Positions 1-14,000 of a DNA stretch of 64,000 bases are shown one piece after another; the stretch's first letter is position 1, and every line of letters starts with the position of its first letter. The stretch lies in assembly GCA_040954595.2 (NCBI GenBank), contig CM082576.2, positions 1,433,403-1,497,402 on the forward strand, written 5' to 3'. Source of the stretch: Balanoglossus misakiensis (Eukaryota > Animalia > Hemichordata). The position numbers were made by a program, and so were the translations under genes. A model generated the notes under the pieces. It searched no databases, had not been told where the DNA came from, and saw only the letters and a program-made list of their open reading frames with translations.

Positions 1-2279
1 AGTAAGGCGTGATGTTAACGTCTTCAGTTGAACCGGTTGTTCTATGACTTCGTGGTCTCGCATTAACACACAGTTGAAGACGCCGATACTGCGGACGAGA
101 CCGATGAGACAACTGGTGATTATCGCTATGACAACGGACATGGCGATCACAACATTCCACGACACGAGATGCATTTCCCTCAAAATTAACAGCGTTGTCA
201 ACCCGAGGATGGCAACCAGCAAAATGTGGCGGTAAATGTACGGAACACGGTGGACAACCGTTTCCGACTCGTCGTCGGGATCGCAGTCGCGCAAGTTGCC
301 GTGAGGTAGACCGTAAAAATAATCGAAACCCTGATTTAATGGATGATGGTGATGATCATACCAATTTCGTCGATTTAGACCTTGGTGCCATTTTCCTGGA
401 ATAAAATAAATGTAAATGTAGGGTCATCGGTGATATTGAATCCTCTGCCGAAAAAGAAGAACATATGGCAAATGTGGGTTGGTTCGATCTTTAATACCAT
501 TTGCTGATTCTTGGCTGTTCTGTTCTGGGATGTATAGTGTGGCGTACATCCGATAACAGAACAGCCAAGAATGAGCAAAGGTAAAGATCGAGCCAACCCT
601 ACATCTGATTAAGTAAGATTCAAGATTGCCTGTACTTATGATTCGTTTGCATCTGGTAGTACACATGATTATACAGTACCGATGAAATTAAATTGACTAC
701 CTATGAGAGCAGTAGAATATCCCACATTCTGAACGATCTCGGCAAACGTGGTTTCGTTTCTTGGAAGGCCTCCACTACAAGATGGGTACGGCAACACCCG
801 AAACTTGTCTGACACCATGCCTGAAACAATTAAAAAAAACATGTATTGTCGGACCCTCGTCTCAATGTTACGCCTTGTGTTCACAGATGACCAAAAGTAG
901 GCCTACTCATGCAGCAAAATGCAGAACGAGAACAGCAAAAAAAAAAACGAAGCGAATGTAAAGACGGAGCCTGTATCTACAGCAGATTTTAAACAGAATA
1001 GTTCAACAGACTTGAAGCCACAGAAATGATTGAGAAGATGAGATGGATATCAAAGGAGAATTTGCTGTGAATGGAGACTGATATAATATGAGAAAGTGAT
1101 GAGATATACTGTGTTATTGAACAACTCCTTGTCAATTACGATAGTCCCTCATATATTACTGCCAACGCCTCTCAATCTGCTGGAACTGAATACTGTATGC
1201 CTACAGGCCTTCATGTCCATGTTCACCGTTTTTCCCCGCGTCACACATGCACGTGACACCGTTTTGGGTGACCCCCGTCCCTCGCGTTGGAGCCGCAGAT
1301 CACCAAACAGTAAAACACACGCAAGGTTATCATACACAAAAGCAGGTAAATGGAAATTAAAAATAGTTCTGTGTTCGATAATGAATTGCGAGTTAGAAGG
1401 GTCCATAATCGCAATATTAGACCTACTATTTTCTCAGTAGGTCTTTCAGTACATGTGATAATATGATGGTTTTTTTTTTAATTTCGGTGGTATTTTTATA
1501 TCAATTTGATGGTGTGTTTGTACAAAACGTACAATATCGATGTTGCCATGTAAACATAAAATGAGCAATGGCTTTTAATATTCTTTGTACAACTGAACCA
1601 TTGACTTAAAAATAGATCACTGAATAAGCGTTGATCACGACATACAATGATACACATGGCACTTTACACCGTTGTATTTTGATAGGCTAATAGTCAAATA
1701 AGGCCTCACATATTTTGATCAACCCATTTGTGTACTCCAAACATGCTCTATTTGAGTTTCCCAATGGGTCAAATAAAATTACAATTTATGAATTATTACG
1801 AATGTGTCTACATGTGAGTAATATTATTCTATTGGGGATTGTGTGTCCGCGAGCTCACCTATGAATACATTAATGCGTAATGATGTACGATGGGGATGTC
1901 CACTTGGACAGATAAAATATAAGAAAATAGATTTTTTTTAAAAGTGAAATACTTTACCTGATCTTATCGGATATCGACCCGTCAAAAAGGCAGCACGACT
2001 GGGCGTACACATAGAATCAGCGGCAAGGTGATGAACAAGCCTGGCCCCACCTGAAGCAATGCCGTCTATGTTGGGCGTGCGTAAAGTATCGTTTCCAAAG
2101 CAACCTACATCACCTATACCGAGGTCATCGGCCATCATGAGCACAAAATTGGGATGTTTTCCGACGGGCAGTCTGGCAAGACCGGGTGACCGCAGCGCTG
2201 CATTGCCGGGGAAGGCACTGAACAGCTGGAACCGAATCAAGAATACCGCCGTCCAGGTGATGTAGACGACCACCAACAT
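1..2279 (-). CDS. STS: Steryl-sulfatase / arylsulfatase (STS/ARSD/E/F/H family), 5' part; gene continues past the left edge
   Basis: Exons 1958-2279, 701-820 and 1-395, with GT-AG introns, join in frame. Translation has a hydrophobic N-terminus, [15 protein letters not shown], the formylglycine motif [27 protein letters not shown] and [14 protein letters not shown]. Two hydrophobic segments and [14 protein letters not shown] follow, typical of the STS membrane hairpin. Exact paralog uncertain. Confidence 0.88.
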
Positions 2280-3108
2280 TGCAAGGCGTATGGACGAGCA
2301 CCAGACCAGCTTAAAACACAACACAGCGCGTCATCTGTTGCAACAGCACACATAGCCATATATTCGGCTGGCGGTTGCGTAATGATCCACTCCCGTCTCA
2401 AAATAACCGTTATACCTTCGTTATACCTTAGCAGGGTAATAATAGGGTTCACGACAGTGTCGCGTCTGCGCAATCGATATTTCTTGTATACTCACGTGTT
2501 CATTGATATTAAAGTATGCATTCACTGTTCAGTCATAGAATGATACAGATCCATTGGATGATGGAATTGGAATGGGAAGGTCAAGTCGTCACAGATCCGT
2601 TCTTCATCTTCATACACGTAGGCCTACATGGAAAGTATCACAAATTCAGCGTTTTGCAAGTGTGGACGACTTCGCTGAAAAAAGATATACTGGAATCCGA
2701 ATAATCAGGAAAACGTATGGGCGCATGAAAATTTATCTCAGGTGCTATTTGGATTAAACCATGTCATATCGCACAGTAAAATAAATCGAGAAAAAATGAA
2801 TCCCATAGGTTTAGTATGCGCACGTAAAACTAGAATAATTAATAGGCATAAGGTATAACAAAATAACCATACTTGATTGATTGAACAGGTTTATGAAGTC
2901 TTGACGACCAGGTATGTCACTCTTACTATAATCCTGTCCTCAACAATATTAAAGATCACATTATGAAACTATTTAATGAAATGTGTAAGAAAATATACTT
3001 TATGAAATATCTAATAACGTATCTGTATCACAATTTCTACCACGGACACACTCGCACATTTTTCAATTCTATCCGCCAAATCTTGCTTTTAGTGTTCCAC
3101 TCCACTAA

Positions 3109-3144
3109 GTCTAAGCATAGACCCTATACCTCTAGGGTCTAAGC
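3109..3144. repeat. Short hairpin element (TAGACCCT...AGGGTCTA) with a duplicated GTCTAAGC
   Basis: gtctaagc-atagaccctatacctctagggtctaagc: an 8-bp inverted repeat plus a direct duplication of gtctaagc. Confidence 0.45.
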
Positions 3145-3392
3145 CGATACAGGAGGACCATGGACCCACAACGGGAGGACTAAGCTTCAGAAAGAAAGAA
3201 AGAAAAGTTACACTAATAAATACTTCAAAGTGAAACGTGTCCAACATTTATTGGATGCTTCTGGGACTGTCCCCCTGCCCCTTGGTCAATCCATCGTACG
3301 TACGTACGTGCCCGCATCATATCTAATGACATTTCTGAGGTATGCTAGGGAGTCAGTGACCTGTTGGTTGTCCTACGTGTACTAAAACTGTC

Positions 3393-4889
3393 ATGGCGGC
3401 CGCATCTGGCACAACACCTGAAGAAATTCTCGACGAAATAGGCGAAGATTTCCTTACCTGCTCAATCTGCTTGGAGTATTTTACAATCCCGAAAGTATTG
3501 CCATGTTTCCATTCCTTCTGTGAAGAGTGTCTGGTGAAGTTAGCGAGAAAGAATCACGAAAAACTTGAGTGTCCGACATGTCGGAAAATTTGCCCAGTGC
3601 CAAAAGGGGGTGTCTCCAAGTTAGAGACGAATTTTTACCTGAAGTCCCTGCTGGAAGTAGTTCAGAAGAGATCAAAGAAACCACGGGGCGCTCCAGATGC
3701 GGAAAAATGTGACGTGTCTGAAATCAGAACGGGCGACCCCACCGGTGGACAACCCGAACCAGCAGTTTCTCTTTGCAGAATTCACAATCGGAAAATCGAG
3801 TTCTACTGCCAGACATGTAATGTCTGTGTATGTGCAACCTGCAGTGCAGCACAGCACAGCGCCCCACCACACTATAATCAACATCTCAATGACGCAGTGG
3901 AGAATTTCAAGGAACATTTGCAGCAAAAGCTAACAAACCTAAAAGTGAAAGTGGACGAAGTACATGCGGAGAAGACTGACGCGAGGCAATCACTGGCTGA
4001 GCTGAGAGCACAAGCTGGCCAAGATAGGTCAGCGGTTGTCAAATTGGCAAGAGAAAAAGTCAAATCAGCCGAAGAAACAATCCGCAAAGTGAGGGCAGAT
4101 GAAATGACCCTTTTGCAAAAGATAGAGGCAGATTACAAGCAGAGATTAGAGAATGCACAGAGTTTATCAGATGATATGGAGTTTAGATATGCTAAAGTGG
4201 CAAGCATCTGTACCTACATTGAATCTTTACTGAAAAGCGAAAACCCAGTGCACCTGGTTTCTTCTCAGAATGAACTCATGCGTCCCATTGAGGATATCTT
4301 GGGCACAGGGCAACAGCAAAAAGGACTTGCAGGTCTTTTTGCTAGATGTAGCAGCGTGTTTGGTGTTGCAGAACCCCCAGCACCTAATCCTCCTCAGCGC
4401 ACCAACTCAGAGAGTTTTGAAATGTCAACAAACACACTCAATAAACTAAAGATGCTGCGTTCCCCTGTGTGTGTATTGCTGTGCACTGTTGACAACATCC
4501 CAGAACAACTGGAGGAAGGCAAGCCGTATGAGTTGCACATTACCACAAGGGATACAGATGGCAAAAAGGTCATCCCGCTTCAAGAGGTCAAGGTAGAAGT
4601 CAGAGCACCAGACGGAACTTGCCAATCTCTACAGCCCAAGTATCATATGAATGGTACACACAGTGTCACCATTATTGGACGCAGATACACTGATAGTGAT
4701 CTGATTGATTGGTCTGGAAACGGAGCTGGGAAGCTGGTGGTTACCGTGACGATAGATAATGAAAAGGTTCTTCATTCACCATTCGAAGTAAATGTTGTGG
4801 CCAAAAATGAAAGTTATTTCCATTATGACTTTACATTGATTTTTGTTATTGTACTTCTTCTTGCTGTGGGTTTTAATTGTTTTACATGA
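3393..4889 (+). CDS. Intronless TRIM-family E3 ubiquitin ligase: RING, B-box2, coiled coil, filamin-type Ig repeat, C-terminal hydrophobic segment (498 aa)
   Basis: Single ORF. C3HC4 RING CSICLEY..LPCFHSFCEECL..CPTC; B-box CRIHNRKIEFYCQTCNVCVCATC..H..H; heptad-rich helical region; filamin-like segment ending HSPFEVNV; C-terminus FTLIFVIVLLLAVGFNCFT*. Confidence 0.92.
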   Translation: MAAASGTTPEEILDEIGEDFLTCSICLEYFTIPKVLPCFHSFCEECLVKLARKNHEKLECPTCRKICPVPKGGVSKLETNFYLKSLLEVVQKRSKKPRGAPDAEKCDVSEIRTGDPTGGQPEPAVSLCRIHNRKIEFYCQTCNVCVCATCSAAQHSAPPHYNQHLNDAVENFKEHLQQKLTNLKVKVDEVHAEKTDARQSLAELRAQAGQDRSAVVKLAREKVKSAEETIRKVRADEMTLLQKIEADYKQRLENAQSLSDDMEFRYAKVASICTYIESLLKSENPVHLVSSQNELMRPIEDILGTGQQQKGLAGLFARCSSVFGVAEPPAPNPPQRTNSESFEMSTNTLNKLKMLRSPVCVLLCTVDNIPEQLEEGKPYELHITTRDTDGKKVIPLQEVKVEVRAPDGTCQSLQPKYHMNGTHSVTIIGRRYTDSDLIDWSGNGAGKLVVTVTIDNEKVLHSPFEVNVVAKNESYFHYDFTLIFVIVLLLAVGFNCFT

Positions 4890-4936
4890 AAGAGTTTGTT
4901 TAAATCAAAGACAACAAAAACAAACCATTGATTGCA

Positions 4937-5073
4937 TTTACCATTTTACCACCACGCCTATGGTTCAGCCCGAACCCACTGTTTTCTGTGGTAAGGTTGG
5001 ACCTTTAAAGAACCCAATGATTTCTGTGATAAAGGTAGACCTCCATACAGGGAAATTGGGATGAAAGGATTAA
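4937..5073. mobile_element. Short TTAA-bounded MITE-like repeat (piggyBac-type ends), with an internal ~38-bp tandem duplication
   Basis: Aligns by eye with the copy at 23552-23645 (atggttcag-cc-aaccca-tgtttt...gg-ggacct...gggaaat-ggg-tga-agg-taa). Internal duplicates start at 4972 and 5010. Confidence 0.6.
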
Positions 5074-8000
5074 AAATATGCCAAAACTGAAATGATCTGG
5101 AAGGGTTTAAAATTCATGTTGATGCTTCCATTTTCCCATTTCAGTTCATTGTCTTCGAACTCTTCCTCCAAAATATTGCATCTAAAGAAAAAGAAAAAAT
5201 TTACATTATTACATAGAATCTAGAAGTATGAACTACATGTAATGGAGAAATTCATTCAACCAAATAAAAATATTATTGTATAGATAATCAGAGTTTGTTT
5301 CTCAATTTTTGTTATCTTGGGTAGAATGCTGCATAGACTTATCCCACCAGGCCTATGATCAAACCGGATCTATTTTACACAACCTTGGCATTTCACCGAT
5401 ATATGTGTAGAATGTCTTTGTGAATACACCCTTTTCATAAGTCTCGCACCCTCACACAGCTATCATGCATTTAAACTCAAAGCGAGGCTAATAGGGGAAA
5501 ACCATTGATGTGATTGGTCAACTTTTCCCCATTGGCCTCACTTTGAGTTCAAATTCACTATGGCTGCGCGAGGGCGGTAGACTTGTGAGAAGGGTGCATT
5601 TGAAGCCTGTGTAATATTTCAGAAAGCTGAAACAAGCATGCAGACTTGATAAAGTCATCTGTGCCAATATGGTGTACCTGCAAACTCTTGTGATTGGTAG
5701 TTGACTGCAGACCTTTGCAGTAACTGTGCTACCATAAGCCTCATAAAGACGTAACACTATGGCCCCATCAATGTCTTCAGCCTAAAATAGAGAAAATAAA
5801 ATAACTTCTTACCATTTGTAAATACAATATTTCCAGTTGTGTCACAAAAAATCCTCCAGCATAGAATATTTAAGTGTGTTTGCATAAGACCTGACACAGC
5901 TGCGGGCAAGCAGTATTTTGCTTACTGTACAAAACAATAAAAGTGGCCTGGCATGATTGTGGGTTTCTGTAGCTAGGTTCCTTAATGTGAGCTGTCAAAA
6001 CACCTCTGACCTTTTTGACAGTTTCAAGGATAACAGCAGCAGTATCCACTGTGAAGAGTGATGCTGACTCTGGCTTCACAGCGCCTTCACTTGGCATGAG
6101 TTGAAGAGGATTGTTCATGTCATAGGCAGTTTGAATAACATTTGCATCTTGCAAAGTTCCTTAGAAAACAAAAACAACAATGTTAAAAAAAACTATGACA
6201 CAAAAGTAATCAAGTGTCATATAACTTTTTGCAATCAAATGGCACCCTAACTGACCAATGGCATTGGTCAATACTGCAGAGTTCTGGAGAATAAAATATC
6301 GACTGTGATTTGCATATTGTTTGGGTATCATCTGCTAATTTCAGAATCAATGAATATTTTGACTAGAAAGAGTTGAATCTATCACTTTTCAACTTTAAGA
6401 GTGTTCCAGACTCACATATACATGTAACTTACCAGTGTGAGGTAACACTGCATATGTGAATTCATGGTCGCCCATATCAGCATTAGCATCTGGGGCTTTG
6501 GCTGACTTCAACCTGATGATATGATCAGAAACAGTTCAAAATTGTTGGTAAGTAAGTATCTACCAATATCCTCCAGTGATTAACTCTCAGCAAATCAACT
6601 GAACAATCACAGATCAAGACAAAATACACAAAGAGGAGAATATAAAATCAACTCCTGTAAACGGGGAAATTTTCACTAAAAAAAATTGCCATCAACCATA
6701 TTGAATCACTCAGATAAAAGTCAATGTATGGTTTATACCACAATACTCACAGTGAGAGTCTGATCACATTTCCCTGTGTACAGTGTCCATATTTGCAGTC
6801 ATTCAATATGGCCACTCCCCAGTTGTGTTCTGATAAATCCACCCATTTATGTCCTACCACCTGTCACCATGGTAACAAATATCACACAAACAGAAAGAAT
6901 CTCTTGTCAGTACCAAGGACAAAAATGTGCTTTCAGAAATACAAGTGACAATTGAAATTCTTCTATATAACACAAATACAGTAACATTATATTTACCATA
7001 TTTCACATCAGTGTAACTTCCCTTGATGCATCACTTACCTCATACCTAGCCCAATCCCAGGAGGTGTTACCATGAGTTGGTCTTTGCAAGTGTCCAAACT
7101 GAATATCATACGTGGCCTGCATGGACCGCACTGTCACTGGAAATTCTACCTTCAGAAACTTACGGTTCTCTTTCCAGTGTACCTGATGATAAATAAAGCA
7201 TTTCCATTGACTCTACAGATTTAGCTTGGTTCATTTGTTGTTAACATTTTTTAGCAATATGGGGAGTATTTTTAATGGCTAAAATATCATGCCAGCAAAA
7301 TGACTTCTATGGCAAAGCAATAATCTGATCTTCAGGGTGAAGATAACAAACCAAATTCTCGTGTTTATGAACTTTGAACTTTTACCACATACACAACACT
7401 TAAAGTTATCAGTGATTGGTTACCTTGGTGTCCATTTTCAAATATGCTGATGTGGCATCCAATGATATGACTTGTTCAATGTAGCTATCTTGAGAGATCT
7501 GTAATGACACTGCCACTGCACATCTTATTTTGTCCTTCTCAATGATTTGTGCTGCTTTTCTCACCGTGTCAATTAAAGTTCTTCAAAGCAAGAACATAAA
7601 AATAGTCGAGAATAACTCAAGACATTAACCATAGGAAAGAAGGAAAAATACTTTGCAAGCTAAAAAAATACAGATTACCATCACAAGGTTGAAATTCAAT
7701 TTTTGACAATGTAGTTTTGCTATCATCTTACCTAGTTTCTAAGTGATAATCCATCACATCCCATGCGTCCCAGAACAGCGGAATATCATCAAAGATCACA
7801 AATTGGTTACCATAGCAATCAGATGCTATGGCTTCCCTGGTAAAAAAATGTCACACATATGTAAGAGTAAATGTCATGTAAACAATTGTATTTAAATGTT
7901 GGATTTATAATGCTATTCGTAAATTCTGACCGATACTGTGCAAGGGCAAAGAATAAAGTATGTTCATAGAGTACTTTTGTGATTTACCGATTTGAAGTAT

Positions 8001-11000
8001 TGTGACGTAGTGAAGATATTCGACCACATTGATCTATCTGAGCTGTGATGTATTTATTCTGCAGATGGATCATTCCAGCTGTGTCTTGGTGTACGGTGAC
8101 TGACTCTACATCATATTCCATCATGTTACTGATCCCGTATGGTGATGCTTTTACTACCACTGTAATTACAGAAAGAAAATGCAAATTGTATTTCAGGAAT
8201 GCACCTGCTACAATTGATACACAAAATGAGTATCAAGACTGCACAACATTAGGATGGCCTATTATTTGATTAGTTATTAATAATTCCCATCAAGTCATCA
8301 AGCTGCAATATAAAGTTTTAATTATCATTTAAAACCCACCGTATCTGCCTTTCTTTGAAACTTCCGCTGATGATGTTGGTGATAATTTCTGCTTCTTCCT
8401 GGCTGGCTTATGTTTGTCACCTGTGTCTGGTAACGTCACCACTTCATTCCTGTCCCAACCGTGTGTGTTAATCACCAGAAATGATGGTTTTGTGCTGGTC
8501 TAGAAGAGTAATACACAGAACTGAATACAACTGAGAACCTTAACAAGATATTGTCTTAGTTGTCTGACAGCACAATGGTATTATGCCACAGCTGCCATCT
8601 TTGGTTACACTGACATTTACTACAGTGTTGTTAGAGGGGATCGGGGGCCAGAAGAAGATCAGAGGATTGTAATATTATAGCGGTGTTTCCTTCTGCCTGT
8701 GAATAATTAATTACCTTGTCAGTGATTGCTGCAAGTGCTGAGCACGCTTTTCTAAACTCTGCATTTGCTTTGACTTCAATCTCCTTGTAAATCCGGATGG
8801 CATCTTCTACAACCTGAAAATGGAGATGCGATGGGTAGGGTCACAATGTTAGCAGCACTGCATTGTGGGTTGGTGAATGTTGCCTCAGCACAAGTTGTGT
8901 CCATAGTTTGAAGATTGCATTGTGGGTTGGTGAATAACAACATCTATTATCAATATGCAATGTAAATAACTACATGTAGATACCTGATGCAAGACACTTA
9001 AAGATATTTAAGTGCAAAGAATATTTGAGACGTGAAACTGCCCAGATAAACTCAGAGTCTTACCAGTTCAATACAACTCCCTGGTAACACATCATGAAAT
9101 TGGTTCAGTAAGAAGTTCTTCCACATTTGAGAGAGTTCACTTTGAGGATACTTGTAAGATTTATTCTTAACCCAAGCAGCAGTTGATATAAATTCTAAGT
9201 TGTGTAACAGAAACTCCAGCTTTCTGTTGTACCACTTGATCTGAAAAGGAAAGTTATGTTGGCTAATTATTATTACAACTGACATGATATTCTAACTTTG
9301 ACTGGAAGCTTTTTACTCTCAGCTACAACCAATGCATGGTGAATATTATCTTAAAGTTTTGAGTATAGACTTGTGCAGTCAATGCAACGTATAACTCAGA
9401 TTTTTGTAGCAAATTAAACTGCTGAAAACACAATCGTAATTAACTTAATTGGACCTAAATCACTGTGTGATTACAACAGTACTACAGAAATAGTGTATCA
9501 TCAACTTTTTTTAATTTCACTCCCATCATAAACCAGTTGGTAATCATCTGTTGGATTCTGTTTACCTTGGCTTGTGAAGTAAAAGTGCCTTGATGTAATT
9601 CCAGGTACAATTCTCCAATCCATGAGCACAAATCATGCGAGTTCTTTTCCACCTCTTCAAAAAACATGTCAGGTGTTGACATGGTAACTCTACAGGCAAA
9701 AAAACGATTGTACAAATATTTTTACAAATATTTCATGAATAAAAGGTAACTTATTTCATCCTGTAGAAAAAAGGGAATTGTACAACTCACTTGGGTAAAC
9801 CATCCACATCCTTCAGCCTTTCAAGTCTTTCCAACATGTCCTCCCTGGAAAAAAATCCAAGATAACTTTCAGGTTTCACTGCCTTATCAAGCAGAAAAAT
9901 TGTGAAGACAGCAGTCCTCAATCTCTCCTACCCATCCTTTTTTCACTTCTTGTACCAAAAGCAACGGCATAAGGATGAAAAATATTCTGCTGGACTAATG
10001 TTTCTGCTAATCACAGTCTCTGCAACAACTAAATGTTCAACTGGATGGATTGGTGAAAACATTTTGAAAAGTCCATTCATTATTTTCCCAGTATGAAGTC
10101 AGTGAGTTTCATAGGTAATACTGTTTATTTCACGGAGAACTATTATCGCAATATTTAAACTTACGTAGGGCCTCCTCCACCGTCACCAAAACCATACAAC
10201 AACATTCCAGCATTGACCCTTCCTTTGTCTTTATTGTTGTCCAGGGTTTTTAGCAGCTGATGAGAAAACAAAAATAATTACACGTAATATGGGTACAACA
10301 GCAGGTTTAATATCAGGCCATATGAGCTCGGCTGTAATTTCGACAAGCTAAAGAAAGACAGACAAGATACTACGCTACTTTCACTATAGAAAGGCAAGAG
10401 AACCAGCAACAATAACAAGCAGATTGAGTAAAAATAATCAAGCTAGGTACACGTATACTCACATCTTCGACCTTACATTCCAAACCATAATTATCACCAG
10501 GTGGGAAATGTGCCAGTGTCTTCGATCCATCAATTCCTTCCCATAGGAAAGTATTATGCTATGTATAAGAAATATCAAAATATTGAGCAACTTTGTATTT
10601 TGTATATTTTAATGATCCATGAGCGCAGACCATTTACTCAAACACTGTGTTTTGATTATTCTAATAGTGACATATGTATGTAATGGAGAACAAAATACTT
10701 ACAGGGAATTTGTTGACAAGATTCCAACTGAGTTTCTGAGTGACAAATCTTTGAATACCGGCACTATTCATGATCTGAGGCAACTGTGCTGAATAACCAA
10801 ATGTGTCTGGTAACCAAAACTACAAAAGAACAAGAATAATCAGAAAGTTCTCCCATTAGAATTCAAACATTGTTCACCATTTTACTTTTCAGGTTCATTG
10901 GTGTAGAGCACATGTGATTCCTTGTTCAGATTTCTGTAGTAACATTCAAACTCACCTCTTTACATTTGACTCCAAATTCCTTCTGAAAGAACTTTTGTCC

Positions 11001-14000
11001 AAAAAGAAACTGTCTGACAAAAGATTCTCCACTGGGGACATTACCATCCATTTCAACCCAACATCCACCAACTGGAATGAACTGCTTTGCTTTGATCTTC
11101 TTCTTAATCCTCTCATACAGACTGGGGTAGTTTGTTTTCACCCATTCAAACTGCTGAGCCTATATTGGAAGAATTCAATTTATTTCACACACAAAATAGA
11201 CAACACCGTGATCTAAGCTTGAATGCTTGTGCAAATTATGCGACCGAAAGAACTGAAATATCAATTCAGTACATGATGTACCTGCGGTGTTAATAAAACT
11301 GGAAGTAATTCTAAAAAAAGATTTGGATCTATAATTATGATGCCTACAAACTATTTTTGTATATTTTCCCAGCTTTTATCAACCATCAAAAATCACTAGA
11401 AAGCGATATTTCTGAAAGCCTACACTTTTTCAAGCCAGTGGTGTCATGTGGCAATAAACACTACAATTGAAGGCCTTCGCCAGAAAAGTATGAGGAGAAT
11501 AACTGACCTGTGAGCACACAAATGTATATTCTGGATACGCATCCATTAATCTGAGTGAAGCTGACCACGCCCTTGCACATTTCCTCTTAGTTTCATCATA
11601 CGGCCATAACCATGCTGTTAACACAAAATACCAAAGATGCCATACAGAATCGTTTCATTCAACTATGACACATCAGTTTCCAACACCAACCCAGAAAGGT
11701 GCCTTTAGCATATGGACACAGTGTAGAATAAGAAATCTCCTGGATCACATTCTCAGACCCTACAAAGCAAAGTTCATGGCAATTGGATGAAAATGACACC
11801 ATGGCCAAAGCAGAATTCTTCTTGTCCTTGTATTGGCACTGTACTCAGACTGGACTTACCAGAGTCAATGTGACAGTGGCCCATAGCATGCACTGTATGT
11901 TGGCTATCACCATTTCTTTCAGAGAAGAATCTTCTTGCTATCTGGTGAGCTTCCTTGTACGTATCACGATTACCGATTTTACAAATATTGACCATCTTGT
12001 TTGCAGTATACAAAGCTTGGAATGCTCTTTGGTTTTCGTCCGGTAAGTTCTGCAAAAAGAGTATCAAGGAAACCATGCTCATGTTTGATCAGAATTGTTA
12101 CATTTTATATCAATTACACTGTATAACTATTAAACTACAAAATTAATGTTTTCTGAAATTTCATATCCCATATTCTCTGCTTACCTTTACCATGTCAATA
12201 AGAAGTTCAAAATCTCTGATAAGGTCATAAACATCTCTGTCAAAAATGGCAATCTCTGCAGTTGATAATGTATACTGTTTCTTTTCATCTGGTGGATTGA
12301 TCAGTCCATTGCCACCACCAAACATTCCATTACACGCCATCTCCATGTAGATCAACTGCCTGAAATGGAAAATTGCCATGGATGTAAAACATCATCAACA
12401 GTGTAGAACCAACACATCAATGTAATGAATCACAGGCATGCTAAGGAATGCTTTATCCCTATGAAAACCTTATGAAAATGTTCAATTGAGCTACATGTAT
12501 TATATGGCATATACCTTAGTTCATTCTTGGTAAGATTTCGAGTCAAAATAAAATCTTTCCTGTGTTGGCAGTCCCCACTCAGACCTTGTAGTGGTTCGCC
12601 ATCCTGCCACACCTACAAAGTGAAGAAATGCAATGGAAGAATGGCACACAATTATTGGTGGTTGTACGAAGAATGACACAGCTATTACTCAATTTGTTTT
12701 CTGTTCAATAGCCCATCACAACCAAACAACGGTAAACGTACCATAGCTTCTGATCCTGAATCCCATACAAGTCTGACTTCCTCTCCGATCCATTTCTCGG
12801 GAATCTTGATTTCTATCTTAAACCAGTGGGTAGACCACCTGCCAGAAAATAAGTGAGATTTCAACAGTTGTTTGTACATTGAGGGGGTAATGGTAAATGT
12901 GATGAATATTAATGGCAAGCTATCTGTACATGTTACACTGTTATATCAAAACACTGCCCTGAAACCCAAAAGGTCATTATATAAAAGAACACAAAACTCA
13001 CAGTGGCCCAAATGATTCTCCAATCTTGGTGTCAGAGAAATGTCTCTTGTATGCTTCATGGTGAGGAATTCTATCGGCTGTAGCAAAGTGTTTTAGCCCT
13101 GTAATCTGAATCTTCTCTGGGTATAGCCTGAAAGATTATAAATACAGCATACAATCCTGCAACCCAAATGTCTTTATACAGGAGTCTAAACCTCCACTTG
13201 AGTTAAAGTGAGATCAAACCCACAAATTAAATGGTCCTATTTTATACAAATTTTAGTAAGTTTCAGGAAGTGTGGTTTCCACTACATAATTGTTCAACAT
13301 TCCTCGAAAGTCACTTTGAGCAATGTTTGCATTACTTATTCACGCACTGACATCGTATTGAATGCGTGTGCAACAAAGGTTGTAATTTATTAACTGCATC
13401 TGTTTAGTGATTTATGATTTTTTATGAACAATCAAACTGTCAATCAAAAAATCACATGAACAATGAAACTCACTCAAATTCTATTGCTGATAAGATTATA
13501 TCTAAATTATGTGACAGTAGAGATATATTAAAGTATGTCAAAGGTCATCCAAAAATTTTGAGACAAATCCTGATCCCAATCAGTAAAGAACATTGTGTAC
13601 CAGTATTACAGATGATGAAATATTAGAGAAAGTTGTCACCTAAAAATATGTCCCAATAAATGTACCTGCAAAGATACTAGTTACTCAAAATTACAAATAC
13701 AATGTAATCATTTACACATAATTGCAAAAAATTACAAATATGCCACACCTACTCAACTTTTGGTATATTATAAAAAGACCTGCAAGGTTGCCTCAAATTT
13801 GATATACCCACAATTCTTTGCGAGTTTTAAGCTAGATAGCTAGATAAGACCCCCCCCCCCCTCCCCTTCCCCGGTAATTGCCCCCCGGCCCTACATGAAG
13901 GGACAGTGGTCATCCCAACAGGCGTCTGTCGAGTGTTTTCTGGTTGTATTAATAAACACGCGCTAGTATTATAGTACATGTACTTCGGACAGGCAGTCCG

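Noticed and set aside
1096-1440. 114-aa ORF in the sulfatase intron
   Set aside because: No recognisable domain and a non-ATG start; probably chance or a repeat remnant.
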